The notes beneath the pieces are model-generated. The model worked only from the letters and a program-made list of their open reading frames with translations. It did no database searches and was not told the DNA's origin. Below are positions 40,410 to 49,918 of a DNA stretch of 64,000 nt, one piece after another. Both the position numbers and the translations under genes were made by a program. The first letter of the stretch is position 1. Every line of letters begins with the position of its first letter. Source of the DNA: Dehalococcoidia bacterium (GTDB taxonomy: Bacteria > Chloroflexota > Dehalococcoidia > SZUA-161 > SpSt-899). The stretch spans positions 5,118 to 69,117 of the forward strand of contig JBKGZM010000003.1 of NCBI GenBank assembly GCA_046545575.1. Direction: 5' to 3'.

Positions 40410-40924
40410 TCCCCTCCAGTTTCGAAACGGCAGAACTTGCTAACCCCAATGTTCTCTCCAACCTTAGTAATGACCTCAACTACAATATCGCTAATAGTCT
40501 TCTGAGGGTCCTTTATGAAGGGCTGCGACAGGAGACAAACTTCTTCGGGATTCTCATCTTCAGGGACTTCATCAGGAGACAGATACTGAGGATCAGTAGC
40601 CGTGACTTGCATAGCTATATCGTGAGCCAATTCCTTGAACTCAGGGGTCTGCGCCACGAAGTCAGTTTCGCATGTAACGAGAACCAAAGCACCGACACGG
40701 CCTCCAGAATGCACATATGCCTCGACCAATCCATTTCCCATGGCCCGTTCTTTCTTCTTCTCGGCTATGGAATACCCTCGTTCACGCAGAGCCTCCGCAG
40801 CAGCCTCGATATCCCCCTCACAGTTTGCTAAGGCTTTTTTACAATCCATGAGCCCAGCACCGGTTCTTTCCCGTAGCCCCCGTATCTGTTCAACAGCGAT
40901 CTGCAAATCCCCCTCCTTTTTCAC
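40406..40924 (-). CDS. tsf: translation elongation factor Ts (short form)
   Basis: 172 aa. UBA-like N-terminus [19 protein letters not shown] start in a GTGA overlap with the rpsB stop. Confidence 0.85.
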   Translation of the reverse strand: MKKEGDLQIAVEQIRGLRERTGAGLMDCKKALANCEGDIEAAAEALRERGYSIAEKKKERAMGNGLVEAYVHSGGRVGALVLVTCETDFVAQTPEFKELAHDIAMQVTATDPQYLSPDEVPEDENPEEVCLLSQPFIKDPQKTISDIVVEVITKVGENIGVSKFCRFETGGE

Positions 40925-41760
40925 TCTTCATTATCTTCGTTGCCTGTAAAGTCAAGCCCCTCTTCGCCGATCTCAGGGGCGACTCCCGCTGCTACATCCG
41001 TAGCAGGTGGACTGAAAGAGTCTGCTCCGGCTTTCCCTTCCAACACTGCATTAGCCATCACGGTACATATAAGCCTGATGGACTTTATGGCGTCATCATT
41101 AGCGGGGATAGGGTAATCGACCACTGTTGGGTCACAATCGGTATCCACCATGGCCACAATCGGGACTCCCAGTTGCCTGGCCTCTGCAATTGCGATCTTT
41201 TCCCGAACCGGGTCGACCACGAACATCGCAGATGGAATTTGAGTCATCTCCTTGATGCCGCCAAACGACTGATTAAGACGGTTGATCTCCCTTTCCAGCC
41301 TGGATTCTTCTTTCTTGGGTAAAGAGGCTAGTTCCCCTTTAGCCTGCCTATCTTCCAGGCGAACAAGGTAATCAATCCTTGCCTGTACTGTGGAGAAGTT
41401 GGTAAGCGTTCCTCCCAGCCAGCGTCTGCTCACGTAATAAGCACCGCACCGCCGTGCTTCTTCCTCAATGGCATCCTTGGCTTGTTTTTTGGTTCCCACA
41501 AAGACGATGTCACCACCATCAGCAATCAGGTCCCTTACGAAAATACGCGCCTCTTCCAACTTGACCAAAGTCTGTTGCAGGTCGATGATATGAATGCCAT
41601 TTCGCTGAGTAAATACATACTCCTTCATCTTGGGGTTCCACCGCTTCCTCTGGTGCCCAAAATGGACTCCAGATTCCAACAGCATCTTGACGGTGACTGG
41701 CCCACCAAACGGACTGGTTATTTCTTGTGTCTCATTCACATCTAATTCATTCATACCCAC
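40921..41760 (-). CDS. rpsB: 30S ribosomal protein S2
   Basis: 279 aa. [19 protein letters not shown] and a VDTDCDP motif, with an acidic C-terminal tail. Confidence 0.95.
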   Translation of the reverse strand: MGMNELDVNETQEITSPFGGPVTVKMLLESGVHFGHQRKRWNPKMKEYVFTQRNGIHIIDLQQTLVKLEEARIFVRDLIADGGDIVFVGTKKQAKDAIEEEARRCGAYYVSRRWLGGTLTNFSTVQARIDYLVRLEDRQAKGELASLPKKEESRLEREINRLNQSFGGIKEMTQIPSAMFVVDPVREKIAIAEARQLGVPIVAMVDTDCDPTVVDYPIPANDDAIKSIRLICTVMANAVLEGKAGADSFSPPATDVAAGVAPEIGEEGLDFTGNEDNEE

Positions 41761-41904
41761 ACACCTATTTAAACTGCTTTGTTAGTTTAACACAAGTAAA
41801 AATGAAAAGGCAACTGCCCGACTAAGACTCAAGGGTCAACAGTATGGTCTGTACCTTTGCCTGCTCGCCGAAGGAAAGGCTGGAGGTTAGGCACCTGTCC
41901 GCTC

Positions 41905-42549
41905 CTACCTGGACTCGTTAACGGGGTTCGTTCCCTTCTTACCCCAACTGACCAGAAGATAGCAAAAAGGGGTGTCTAACACAGAGACAGCGAGCTTGAT
42001 AACGTACTGTGCCAGAATTAGCTCTCCCAACAGTATCCCCAGCGGGACAACCCCATAGAAAGCGATGAACCCGAATATTACAGTGTCCAGTCCCTGTGAG
42101 ACCGCCGTGGAAAGGGTGTTTCTCATCCAGAGCAATCGTCCCTTTGTTCTGGTGCGCAAGAAATGGAAGGCAAAGATGTCATGGTTCTGAGAAACCAAAT
42201 AGGCCGCCAATGATGCGAGGACAATCCGTGGAACACTTCCCAAAACCTCCTGATACAATTCCTGATTTCCCCACTCCGGCGATGGGGGCAAAATACCTCC
42301 CAGCCAGATGAGAAGCACCAGCAGTGCGTTCGCAAAGAATCCAACCCACACAACTGTTCGTGCTGTATTCTTTCCCCAAACTTCAGAGATGGTATCGGTG
42401 AAGAGAAATGTCAGTGGATAGCAAATAATGCCCGCGTCGATAGTGACTCCAAAGACATTTATCAGCTTTGCTCCCGAGAGTATGTTGGCAGCCGCCAATG
42501 AGATGATGAACAGTCCCGAGAGAAGTAACAATTTGCTTTGATTGGTCAT
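41905..42549 (-). CDS. yhhQ: queuosine precursor transporter (YhhQ/VUT family, DUF165)
   Basis: 214 aa, 6 TM helices. Pattern YPLTFLFTDTISEVWGK and Q.iD is typical of YhhQ. Confidence 0.75.
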   Translation of the reverse strand: MTNQSKLLLLSGLFIISLAAANILSGAKLINVFGVTIDAGIICYPLTFLFTDTISEVWGKNTARTVVWVGFFANALLVLLIWLGGILPPSPEWGNQELYQEVLGSVPRIVLASLAAYLVSQNHDIFAFHFLRTRTKGRLLWMRNTLSTAVSQGLDTVIFGFIAFYGVVPLGILLGELILAQYVIKLAVSVLDTPFCYLLVSWGKKGTNPVNESR

Positions 42550-42556
42550 GCTTTTG

Positions 42557-43561
42557 TTAGATGAAGTGCTTCCAGCGGAAGGAAGCCAGCATACCTGCTA
42601 CAATAGCAAGCATAATGAGTATGATAACAGGAAAGGAGATAGGCCTCTCAGATAAAGGCAACAGCGCAATATTCATCCCATAAATACTCGCGATAAGTGT
42701 CGGGGGGAGCATTATGGTTGAGACGATGGTCAGGATGCGCATGACCTGATTGGTGCGAAATGATACCAGCGTGTTGTTGGTGTCATTCAGTCCTTCAATA
42801 ACTTCCTTGTACTCATCCAGAGTGTCCAGTATCTTGCGATTGTGATCAGCCAGATCCCCGAAATATACTCCAAAGACCGGAATCTCCTCGGCTTCTTCAA
42901 GTTCGTCAGGCGAAAGGAATTCCGATCCTTCCTTTTCCGGAATGATTGAGGACTCGTTCCGCTCCAGCCACTCAAATACCTCTGTTTGCGGCCTTATTAT
43001 TCGCCTGTAGGAAAGCACATCCCGGCGCAAAATCGACAACTCACGCACTGCATCTCGGGGGTCGCCACTGAAAACCTTGTTATCGGCTTCCTCGATGTTA
43101 CTGCCGATCTTGTTAAGGATCGGGAAGCAGTAGTTGACCAGGCGGTCGAGTACTATGTAGAGAAGATGTCCTGCACTCTGACTCATATTTGCCGCTCTTG
43201 TGTCCTGATTGGCTACACAATCCCTGAAGAACTTCGAGAGCGGTTTGAGATCGCCCTGATGTACGGTGATCAAGTAATTCTCACCCAGGAAGACAGCAAC
43301 CTGACTGGCTGTGGTAACACGGGCTTGCTTACTGAATACAGGGAAGTGGAATACCATGAATAAATATTCGTCATATCTGTCGATCTTGGGACGCTGAACC
43401 CTGCTCAGACAATCGTCCAGATCCAGAGCATGGAAAGGATAATGCTCAGCTATATAATCCATCTCCCGCCTCGTCGGCTGCTCGATGTTGATCCAGAGTA
43501 AATTCCTGTACGAGGCAGTGCTGATATTCAGGTCTTGATTCGTAGTTTCAGGGATTGTCAT
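42557..43561 (-). CDS. corA: CorA family magnesium/cobalt transporter
   Basis: 334 aa. Two C-terminal TM helices with a YGMN signature (SIYGMNI). Confidence 0.9.
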   Translation of the reverse strand: MTIPETTNQDLNISTASYRNLLWINIEQPTRREMDYIAEHYPFHALDLDDCLSRVQRPKIDRYDEYLFMVFHFPVFSKQARVTTASQVAVFLGENYLITVHQGDLKPLSKFFRDCVANQDTRAANMSQSAGHLLYIVLDRLVNYCFPILNKIGSNIEEADNKVFSGDPRDAVRELSILRRDVLSYRRIIRPQTEVFEWLERNESSIIPEKEGSEFLSPDELEEAEEIPVFGVYFGDLADHNRKILDTLDEYKEVIEGLNDTNNTLVSFRTNQVMRILTIVSTIMLPPTLIASIYGMNIALLPLSERPISFPVIILIMLAIVAGMLASFRWKHFI

Positions 43562-43572
43562 ACCTTGACGTC

Positions 43573-43899
43573 CTATCCTAGAGAGGAATCAAGGACTTTC
43601 TTGAATTCCTCCTTGGGCCTGAGTCCGACAAGCTGCTTTACAGGCTTGCCCCCTTTGAAAAGCAACAATGTCGGGATGCTCATTATACTATAACTTGATG
43701 CTGTTTTAGGGCTTTGATCAACGTTGACCTTGGCAAAGTCGACTTTCCCGTCATACTCTTTGGCCAGTTCCTCAACGATCGGTGCTACCGCCAAACAGGG
43801 CTTGCATGACGGAGCCCAGAAATCGACCAGGACGGGTTTTTTCGCCTTAATTACCGTCTGCTCGAAATTGCTGTCATTGACTTCCACTGGCTTTGCCAT
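43573..43899 (-). CDS. trxA: thioredoxin with atypical active site (SCKPC instead of WCGPC)
   Basis: 108 aa, colinear with E. coli TrxA (VLVDFWAPSCKPC..., IPTLLLFKGG). Confidence 0.85.
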   Translation of the reverse strand: MAKPVEVNDSNFEQTVIKAKKPVLVDFWAPSCKPCLAVAPIVEELAKEYDGKVDFAKVNVDQSPKTASSYSIMSIPTLLLFKGGKPVKQLVGLRPKEEFKKVLDSSLG

Positions 43900-43923
43900 T
43901 TACCCTCCTCACTTTTTCATTCT

Positions 43924-44883
43924 TCAGGTTCCTATGGTCTCCATAACCTTTTGCTTCACCATTTGCTCCGCTATCCCGATGGCACGCTCTATAGCAGTAG
44001 CATCGCTCTTGCCATGTGTTATCACTACATTGCCTTCGACCCCAAGAAGCAGCGCCCCCCCCAATGAAGTATAATCCAGGATGCGCTTCTCTGCCTCATG
44101 GAAATCCAGGCTGTTACCATCCGCCTCCGCCGAAGTCGACATATCCGCAAATATCCGTGCCAGTCCCTCGCTCAGTTTTATCACTACATTGCCCGTGAAC
44201 CCATCAGTCACTACAACATCAGCTTTCCCTCTGGGAAGTTCTGCTCCCTCTACATTGCCAACAAAGTTGGGTTGATCCTTCGATAACATATGATAAGCAG
44301 AACGGGCCAGTTTATTTCCCTTTGTCTCTTCCTCTCCGTTAGATAGCAGGCCCACCCGGGGAACAGACACGCCGTGTATTCTCTGCATATACACTGTTCC
44401 CATTTGGGCGAACTGGACCAGATATTGAGGTTTGCAATCGGAATTTGCGCCCACATCGAGGAACAGAACCCGGCCATTAGGTGAATGGAAAACAATCCCC
44501 AATGCCGGGCGGGAGATACCCTTTTTCTTCCCTACGACAAGTAAAGCTCCGGCAACCATAGCACCTGTGCTGCCACCGGAGACAAACGCCGAGGCCTCGC
44601 CAGCCTTGAGCAATCCCATTCCCCTGACGATGGAAGAGTCCTTCTTGCGACGAATTGCTCGCACGGGCTCCTCATCCATGCCAATTGTCTCCTCGGCATG
44701 ACAGAAGCTAATGTTGGCACGACCAGCACCATACTGGCTTAGCTCACTCTGTACTGTTTTCTCAGGCCCAACAAGGATTATGTTGACATCAAAAGAGCGT
44801 GCAGCTTCCACCGCTCCTTTTACGATTTCCGAGGGGGCATAGTCGCCGCCCATGGCATCCACAGCGATTACAGGCTTTTCCAT
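43924..44883 (-). CDS. plsX: phosphate acyltransferase PlsX
   Basis: 319 aa. AVDAMGGDYAP, GSTGA and DVGAN motifs. Confidence 0.9.
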   Translation of the reverse strand: MEKPVIAVDAMGGDYAPSEIVKGAVEAARSFDVNIILVGPEKTVQSELSQYGAGRANISFCHAEETIGMDEEPVRAIRRKKDSSIVRGMGLLKAGEASAFVSGGSTGAMVAGALLVVGKKKGISRPALGIVFHSPNGRVLFLDVGANSDCKPQYLVQFAQMGTVYMQRIHGVSVPRVGLLSNGEEETKGNKLARSAYHMLSKDQPNFVGNVEGAELPRGKADVVVTDGFTGNVVIKLSEGLARIFADMSTSAEADGNSLDFHEAEKRILDYTSLGGALLLGVEGNVVITHGKSDATAIERAIGIAEQMVKQKVMETIGT

Positions 44884-45542
44884 AGGCTTCCCCTAATCCT
44901 CCGTATCGCCTCAGCGACGCTTTCCTTCTCGTTGAATACCGCTGCCCCTGCCACCAACACCCGGGCTCCTGCTTTGGCAACTCTAGGTGCTGTTTCGGCA
45001 TTGATCCCGCCATCCACCTCAAGCTCCGCTTCAAGATTTTCAGAATCGAGCAACTTCCTCAAGCGGGATATCTTATCCAGGGTCTCGGGGATAAAAGCCT
45101 GTCCTGCGAATCCCGGATTGACCGTCATTACCAGCACCAGGTCAACCAATGGCAAGACCTCTTTTATCGTCTCCAGAGGAGTAGCGGGGTTAAGGGATAC
45201 TCCTGCCTTGAGGCCAAGCTCCTTGATTTCCGTCAACGTGCGATGCAGATGAACTGACACCTCTACGTGCACGGTGATGATGTCCGCACCTGCCTGAGCA
45301 AAACTCTGGATTTGTTGCTCAGGGGTATTGACCATCAGGTGGACGTCAAGGGGAAGAGAGGTATAGGACTTTATCGCCTTGACCACTCCATCACCGATAG
45401 TGATCCTGGGGACGAATTGCCCGTCCATTACATCGACATGGATATAATCGGCACCGGCTTCAGTGGCCTCAGTCACCTGCTCGCCCAGGCGAGCAAAGTC
45501 CGCCGAGAGGATGGACGGGGCAAGTTTTATTTTTTCATTCAT
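44868..45542 (-). CDS. rpe: ribulose-phosphate 3-epimerase
   Basis: The ORF is open to 45635. M32 (MNEKIKLAPSILSADF) is the homology-consistent start. HVDVMDG, DVHLM and MTVNPGFAGQ motifs. Confidence 0.9.
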   Translation of the reverse strand: MNEKIKLAPSILSADFARLGEQVTEATEAGADYIHVDVMDGQFVPRITIGDGVVKAIKSYTSLPLDVHLMVNTPEQQIQSFAQAGADIITVHVEVSVHLHRTLTEIKELGLKAGVSLNPATPLETIKEVLPLVDLVLVMTVNPGFAGQAFIPETLDKISRLRKLLDSENLEAELEVDGGINAETAPRVAKAGARVLVAGAAVFNEKESVAEAIRRIRGSLWKSL

Positions 45543-46905
45543 TGAGAACTCCTCTTGCCTCTCGCAATGCCTCCTCAACTCGCCTCGGAGCGGTCCCACC
45601 GGGAACGTCCCTGGCCGCAACGGAGGACTCCACATCGATGGAGCGGAGGTCTTCCTCGAACAACGGCGAGAATTGCTGATACTCGGGAAGGGTTATATCC
45701 TGCAGCGATTTCCCCTGCGCAACAGCATACCTGACAAGTTTAGCCACTACACTGTGCGCTTCACGAAACGGCATTCCTTTTCCAGCCAGATAATCAGCCA
45801 GGTCAGTTGCCAGAGTATAGCTCTCGCCCGCGGCCTGTCCAGTACGGTCGGAATTGACTCTAAGACTTCTTATCATTCCAGCAAACACCCCAAGTGTCGA
45901 ATGTACGGTGTCCACCGTTCTGAAGAAACTCTGTTTGTCCTCCTGCAAATCCCTGTTGTACGTAAGCGGTAGGGATTTCATGGTGGTGAGTATGGACATT
46001 AAATCACCATAGACGCTGCCGGTCTTCCCCCGCGCCAGCTCAGCCACATCCGGGTTCTTCTTCTGCGGCATGATGCTTGAGCTCGTGACATAGGCATCAT
46101 CGACCTCAATGAACCCGAACTCTGCCGACGACCAGAGGATGATTTCCTCCGCTAGCCGGGAAACGTGCATCATGACCATGCTTGCGTCTGCAATGTACTC
46201 AATAATGAAATCGCGGTCGGAGACGGCATCCATACTATTCCGGCTAACCTGACTGAACCCCAGTTCCTTCGCCAGTAAATCGCGGTCCACCTGATATGGC
46301 AACCCTGCAAGTGCGCCGCTGCCCAAAGGCATCACGTCAACGCGTTTGAGGCAATCGCCAAAGCGCTCAATATCCCGTTGCAACATTTCAAAGTAAGCCA
46401 GAAGATGATGGGCCAGGAGTATCGGTTGTGCCCGTTGTAGATGAGTATATCCCGGTAATATAACCTCCTTATTGGCTTCGGCCAAATCCAGTAGCGCTGC
46501 CTGAACCTCTTTCAGCTTGGTAATGGTTTCGGATATCGCTTCCTTGGTGTAAAGGCGCATGTCAGTGGCGACCTGATCATTTCGTGAGCGAGCGGTGTGC
46601 AACTTTCCAGCCACGTTGCCGATCTTTTCGTACAGGCGACTCTCGATATTCATGTGAATATCTTCCAGGGAAGTGTCAAAATTGAACTGGCCGGATTCGA
46701 TTTCATCACGGATAGAGGTTAAGCCCTCTACTATAGCTTCAGCTTCTTCCCCGGCAATTATGCGCTGCCATGCAAGCATCCTGGTATGGGCAATTGAGGC
46801 CGCAATATCCTGCCGATACAGTCGCTTATCAAAGGGCAGAGATGAGGTATATTCCTGTACCGATTCGTCGGTTTCTTTTTGGAATCGGTCTCGCAGTGCA
46901 CTCAT
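45535..46905 (-). CDS. argH: argininosuccinate lyase
   Basis: 456 aa. Fumarate-lyase signature SSIMPQKKNPD and TGYTHLQRAQP-like PGYTHLQRAQP. Confidence 0.95.
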   Translation of the reverse strand: MSALRDRFQKETDESVQEYTSSLPFDKRLYRQDIAASIAHTRMLAWQRIIAGEEAEAIVEGLTSIRDEIESGQFNFDTSLEDIHMNIESRLYEKIGNVAGKLHTARSRNDQVATDMRLYTKEAISETITKLKEVQAALLDLAEANKEVILPGYTHLQRAQPILLAHHLLAYFEMLQRDIERFGDCLKRVDVMPLGSGALAGLPYQVDRDLLAKELGFSQVSRNSMDAVSDRDFIIEYIADASMVMMHVSRLAEEIILWSSAEFGFIEVDDAYVTSSSIMPQKKNPDVAELARGKTGSVYGDLMSILTTMKSLPLTYNRDLQEDKQSFFRTVDTVHSTLGVFAGMIRSLRVNSDRTGQAAGESYTLATDLADYLAGKGMPFREAHSVVAKLVRYAVAQGKSLQDITLPEYQQFSPLFEEDLRSIDVESSVAARDVPGGTAPRRVEEALREARGVLNE

Positions 46906-47039
46906 GGCCTTAATTGTGACACTAACCTGCTATCCAGGTCAAGTGTGAATTTTGCCTGGAGATATTTGAGGATGAGCTAAGTAAGCAAATACCAAAGTCC
47001 AACACAAAAGTTATGCTATTTAACAAAAGGATTGACACT

Positions 47040-47243
47040 TCAAGTGAGAGGCCTTTGAGCACTCCGTTTGGCCTCTGCAACATCATCGAGATAGCTTTGA
47101 TAGCACTTGCAGAGGTGTTTAAAGACACTAACAACCTCTTGCCGGTACTCCTCGCTATCGCCCAGCCCTCCCTTGATTCTTTCTTCCGCAACGAATAACG
47201 CCGCTTGCTGAAGTCTCACACTGGTAGTAGTGAGCTCCCTCAT
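47040..47243 (-). CDS. hypothetical small protein (67 aa)
   Basis: ATG 47243 is preceded by AAGGGGGG 5 nt upstream (MRELTTTSVRLQQAALFVAEERIK...). No recognisable family. It sits in an otherwise non-coding 540-bp gap. Confidence 0.35.
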   Translation of the reverse strand: MRELTTTSVRLQQAALFVAEERIKGGLGDSEEYRQEVVSVFKHLCKCYQSYLDDVAEAKRSAQRPLT

Positions 47244-47400
47244 AAAGCCCCCCTTTTTCAATTGTGCGGGCCACTATGTAGCCCGTAGTGATTTAACCGC
47301 AGTGCGAAGCTCTTCCCTGCCTACCCATCCCCCATGGGAAGGCATCTCCTCCACACTGTATGTCTAGTATACCTTCTCGGATAACAGCATACAAGTATGC

Positions 47401-47429
47401 TTGACAACATCAAGCACTGACATTATGAT
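47401..47429 (+). promoter_or_regulatory. sigma70-like promoter (TTGACA-17-TATGAT) for the comM/yifB-like gene
   Basis: ttgaca at 47401..47406 and tatgat at 47424..47429. The ATG at 47450 has no obvious SD sequence, so the leader is short. Confidence 0.5.
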
Positions 47430-47449
47430 TTTTAGCTAGAATAACTATT

Positions 47450-48973
47450 ATGCTGGCAAAGGTAATCTCCGCTGCGGTTGTAGGTCTTGAGGGGCAACTC
47501 GTAGAGGTAGAGGTTGATATCTCGCCCGGGTTGCCCTCAATGACGATTGTAGGACTCGCCGATACCGCCATCCAGGAATCCCGCGAGAGAGTAAGGTCGG
47601 CAATCCGAAATGCGGGTTACACCTTTCCCGCCAGGAGAATCACAGTCAACATGGCCCCTGCTGACCTCAAGAAAGCTGGCCCGGTCTACGACCTGTCCAT
47701 CGCCGTGGGTATCCTGCTCAGCTCGGAGCAGGTTTCTTTTGATACCTCGAATGCTCTTTTCGTCGGCGAACTCTCACTGGATGGTAGCCTTCACCACACG
47801 CAGGGAGTCCTCTCGATGGTATCTCTGGCAAAGGAGAAGGGACTATCCCCGGTGTTCATCCCCGCTGTAAATGCCAAGGAAGCCGCCATGGTTCAGGGTG
47901 TAACAGTTATTCCTGTGGAGTCACTAACACAACTTGTGGATCATATGCGAGGAGAGGCATCAATACCCGAATATGTACTTGAGGAAAATCCGTTCGAGGC
48001 GGTGGGGTTGGAAGATGGGGTAATAGATATGGCTCACATAAAGGGGCAGGAGCATGCCAAAAGGGCCCTTGAAGTAGCTGCTGCTGGCGGCCATAATATG
48101 GTCATGAGTGGGCCCCCTGGCGGGGGCAAGACGCTTCTGGCACGGTCCCTGCCATCTATTCTCCCTCAGATAACAGCCGATGAGGCCCTGGAAGTTACCA
48201 AGATATACAGTGTGAGTGGACTTCTCCCCACTGATACGCCTTTGATAACCCAGCGGCCCTTCCGGTCGCCACACTACACAGTCTCCTATGCCGGACTTGT
48301 CGGAGGTGGACGCTCACCGAAACCGGGTGAGATTAGCCTCAGCCATCATGGTGTTCTATTCCTTGATGAGCTGCCGGAGTTCGGTCACTCGATATTGGAA
48401 GTTCTACGCCAGCCCCTGGAGGACAGAGCAGTATCGATAACGCGTGCTCAAGGGAGTATTTCCTATCCGGCCAATTTCATGCTGGTTGGCGCTATGAACC
48501 CCTGCCCGTGCGGATATTATGGCGACCCGGTAAAACAATGTACATGTTCATCGACAGAGGTCGCTCGCTATCAGAAGCGAATAAGCGGTCCCTTGCTTGA
48601 CCGCATCGACGTGTTCATCGAAGTGCCGCGAATCGAATATGAGAAGCTCACCGATGAGCGACTGGGAGAATCCTCAGAAGCCATCAGGGCAAGGGTAGAT
48701 GCTGCTCGCTCCATTCAGCATCAGAGATTCGAGGGCACCAGGCTCACCTGTAATGCCGACATGACACCGGTGGAGATCCGCGAATTCTGCCGGACGGACC
48801 CTGCTGCACAGAGCCTTCTCCAGGCGGCAGTGCAGCAGCTCTCACTTTCAGCACGCTCATTTCACCGTCTCCTCAAACTGGCACGGACAATTGCCGACCT
48901 CGACGGCACTGACGGGATTACCTCCACACACGTGGCCGAGGCGTTACAGTACCGGCCGAGAAATCAGGCATAA
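47450..48973 (+). CDS. YifB/ComM family Mg-chelatase-like AAA+ ATPase
   Basis: 507 aa. Lon-like N-terminal domain, Walker A GPPGGGKT, LFLDELPEF, and a Zn-ribbon-like CPCGYYGD...C.C. Confidence 0.9.
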   Translation: MLAKVISAAVVGLEGQLVEVEVDISPGLPSMTIVGLADTAIQESRERVRSAIRNAGYTFPARRITVNMAPADLKKAGPVYDLSIAVGILLSSEQVSFDTSNALFVGELSLDGSLHHTQGVLSMVSLAKEKGLSPVFIPAVNAKEAAMVQGVTVIPVESLTQLVDHMRGEASIPEYVLEENPFEAVGLEDGVIDMAHIKGQEHAKRALEVAAAGGHNMVMSGPPGGGKTLLARSLPSILPQITADEALEVTKIYSVSGLLPTDTPLITQRPFRSPHYTVSYAGLVGGGRSPKPGEISLSHHGVLFLDELPEFGHSILEVLRQPLEDRAVSITRAQGSISYPANFMLVGAMNPCPCGYYGDPVKQCTCSSTEVARYQKRISGPLLDRIDVFIEVPRIEYEKLTDERLGESSEAIRARVDAARSIQHQRFEGTRLTCNADMTPVEIREFCRTDPAAQSLLQAAVQQLSLSARSFHRLLKLARTIADLDGTDGITSTHVAEALQYRPRNQA

Positions 48974-49051
48974 TTAAGAATCCGCTCCGGAGGATAAATT
49001 GAGCGATACTAAACAAAGGATTCTTGCTAAAATATAAAAGGAAGGGGAAAC

Positions 49052-49918
49052 ATGGCAGAAGCTAAAATCGGGGTTATTGGAGGAACAGGACTATATCAGA
49101 TTGAGGGAATGGAGGACATCGAAGAGGTCAACGTAGATACCCCCTTCGGTTCTCCCAGCGATTCACTCATCCTCGGCACAATCGAGGGAACAAGGATTGC
49201 TTTTCTTCCTCGACATGGACGGGGGCACAGAGTTAGTCCTACGGAAGTCCCATCTCGGGCTAACATCTATGCGCTGAAATCCATGGGAGTGGAATGGATC
49301 ATCGCCATCAACTCGGCCGGAAGCTTCCGGGAGGAAATAGAGCCCCACCACCTTGTTATCCCCGACCAGATAATAGACCGCACGAGAAACAGGGTTAACA
49401 CCTTCTTCGGCGGCGGATTGGTAGTTCATCTCCCATTCGCCGACCCATTCTGCCCGGTCCTGAGCCAGATTCTCTACCAGTCAGCAAGGGACGCCGGGGC
49501 CGTGGTCCACAAAGGCGGCACGTTCGTCGCAATGGAAGGACCCCAGTTCTCCACCAAGGCTGAGTCCAAACTCTACCGCTCCTGGGGTGCAGACATAATC
49601 GGAATGACGGTTCTCCCCGAAGCCAAGCTGGCAAGGGAAGCTGAGATATGCTATGCGAGTGTAGCCTGTGTCACCGACTACGATTCCTGGCATGAGGACC
49701 TCGGGACAGTTAGAATTGAAAGCGTGCTGGACATTCTCGCCAAGAATGTCGAGATATCCAAGAGTATAATCAAGACGGCCGCATCCCGTATTCCTTCAGA
49801 ACGCACAGACTGCGATTGTGCCAGCGCACTTGAGACAGCGATAGTAACTGCCCCGGAGCTTGTCCCGGAGCAAATGAAAAAAGACCTGAACCTGCTGATC
49901 GGCAAATACATCCAATGA
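49052..49918 (+). CDS. mtnP: S-methyl-5'-thioadenosine phosphorylase
   Basis: 288 aa. IGVIGGTGLY, FLPRHGRGH and GMTVLPEAKLAREAEICYA motifs (PNP/MTAP family). Confidence 0.9.
   Translation: MAEAKIGVIGGTGLYQIEGMEDIEEVNVDTPFGSPSDSLILGTIEGTRIAFLPRHGRGHRVSPTEVPSRANIYALKSMGVEWIIAINSAGSFREEIEPHHLVIPDQIIDRTRNRVNTFFGGGLVVHLPFADPFCPVLSQILYQSARDAGAVVHKGGTFVAMEGPQFSTKAESKLYRSWGADIIGMTVLPEAKLAREAEICYASVACVTDYDSWHEDLGTVRIESVLDILAKNVEISKSIIKTAASRIPSERTDCDCASALETAIVTAPELVPEQMKKDLNLLIGKYIQ

Noticed and set aside
42550-42556. preQ1 riboswitch upstream of the yhhQ-like queuosine-precursor transporter
   Set aside because: Only 7 nt separate it from the corA stop, which leaves no room for a riboswitch. The gene appears co-transcribed with corA.
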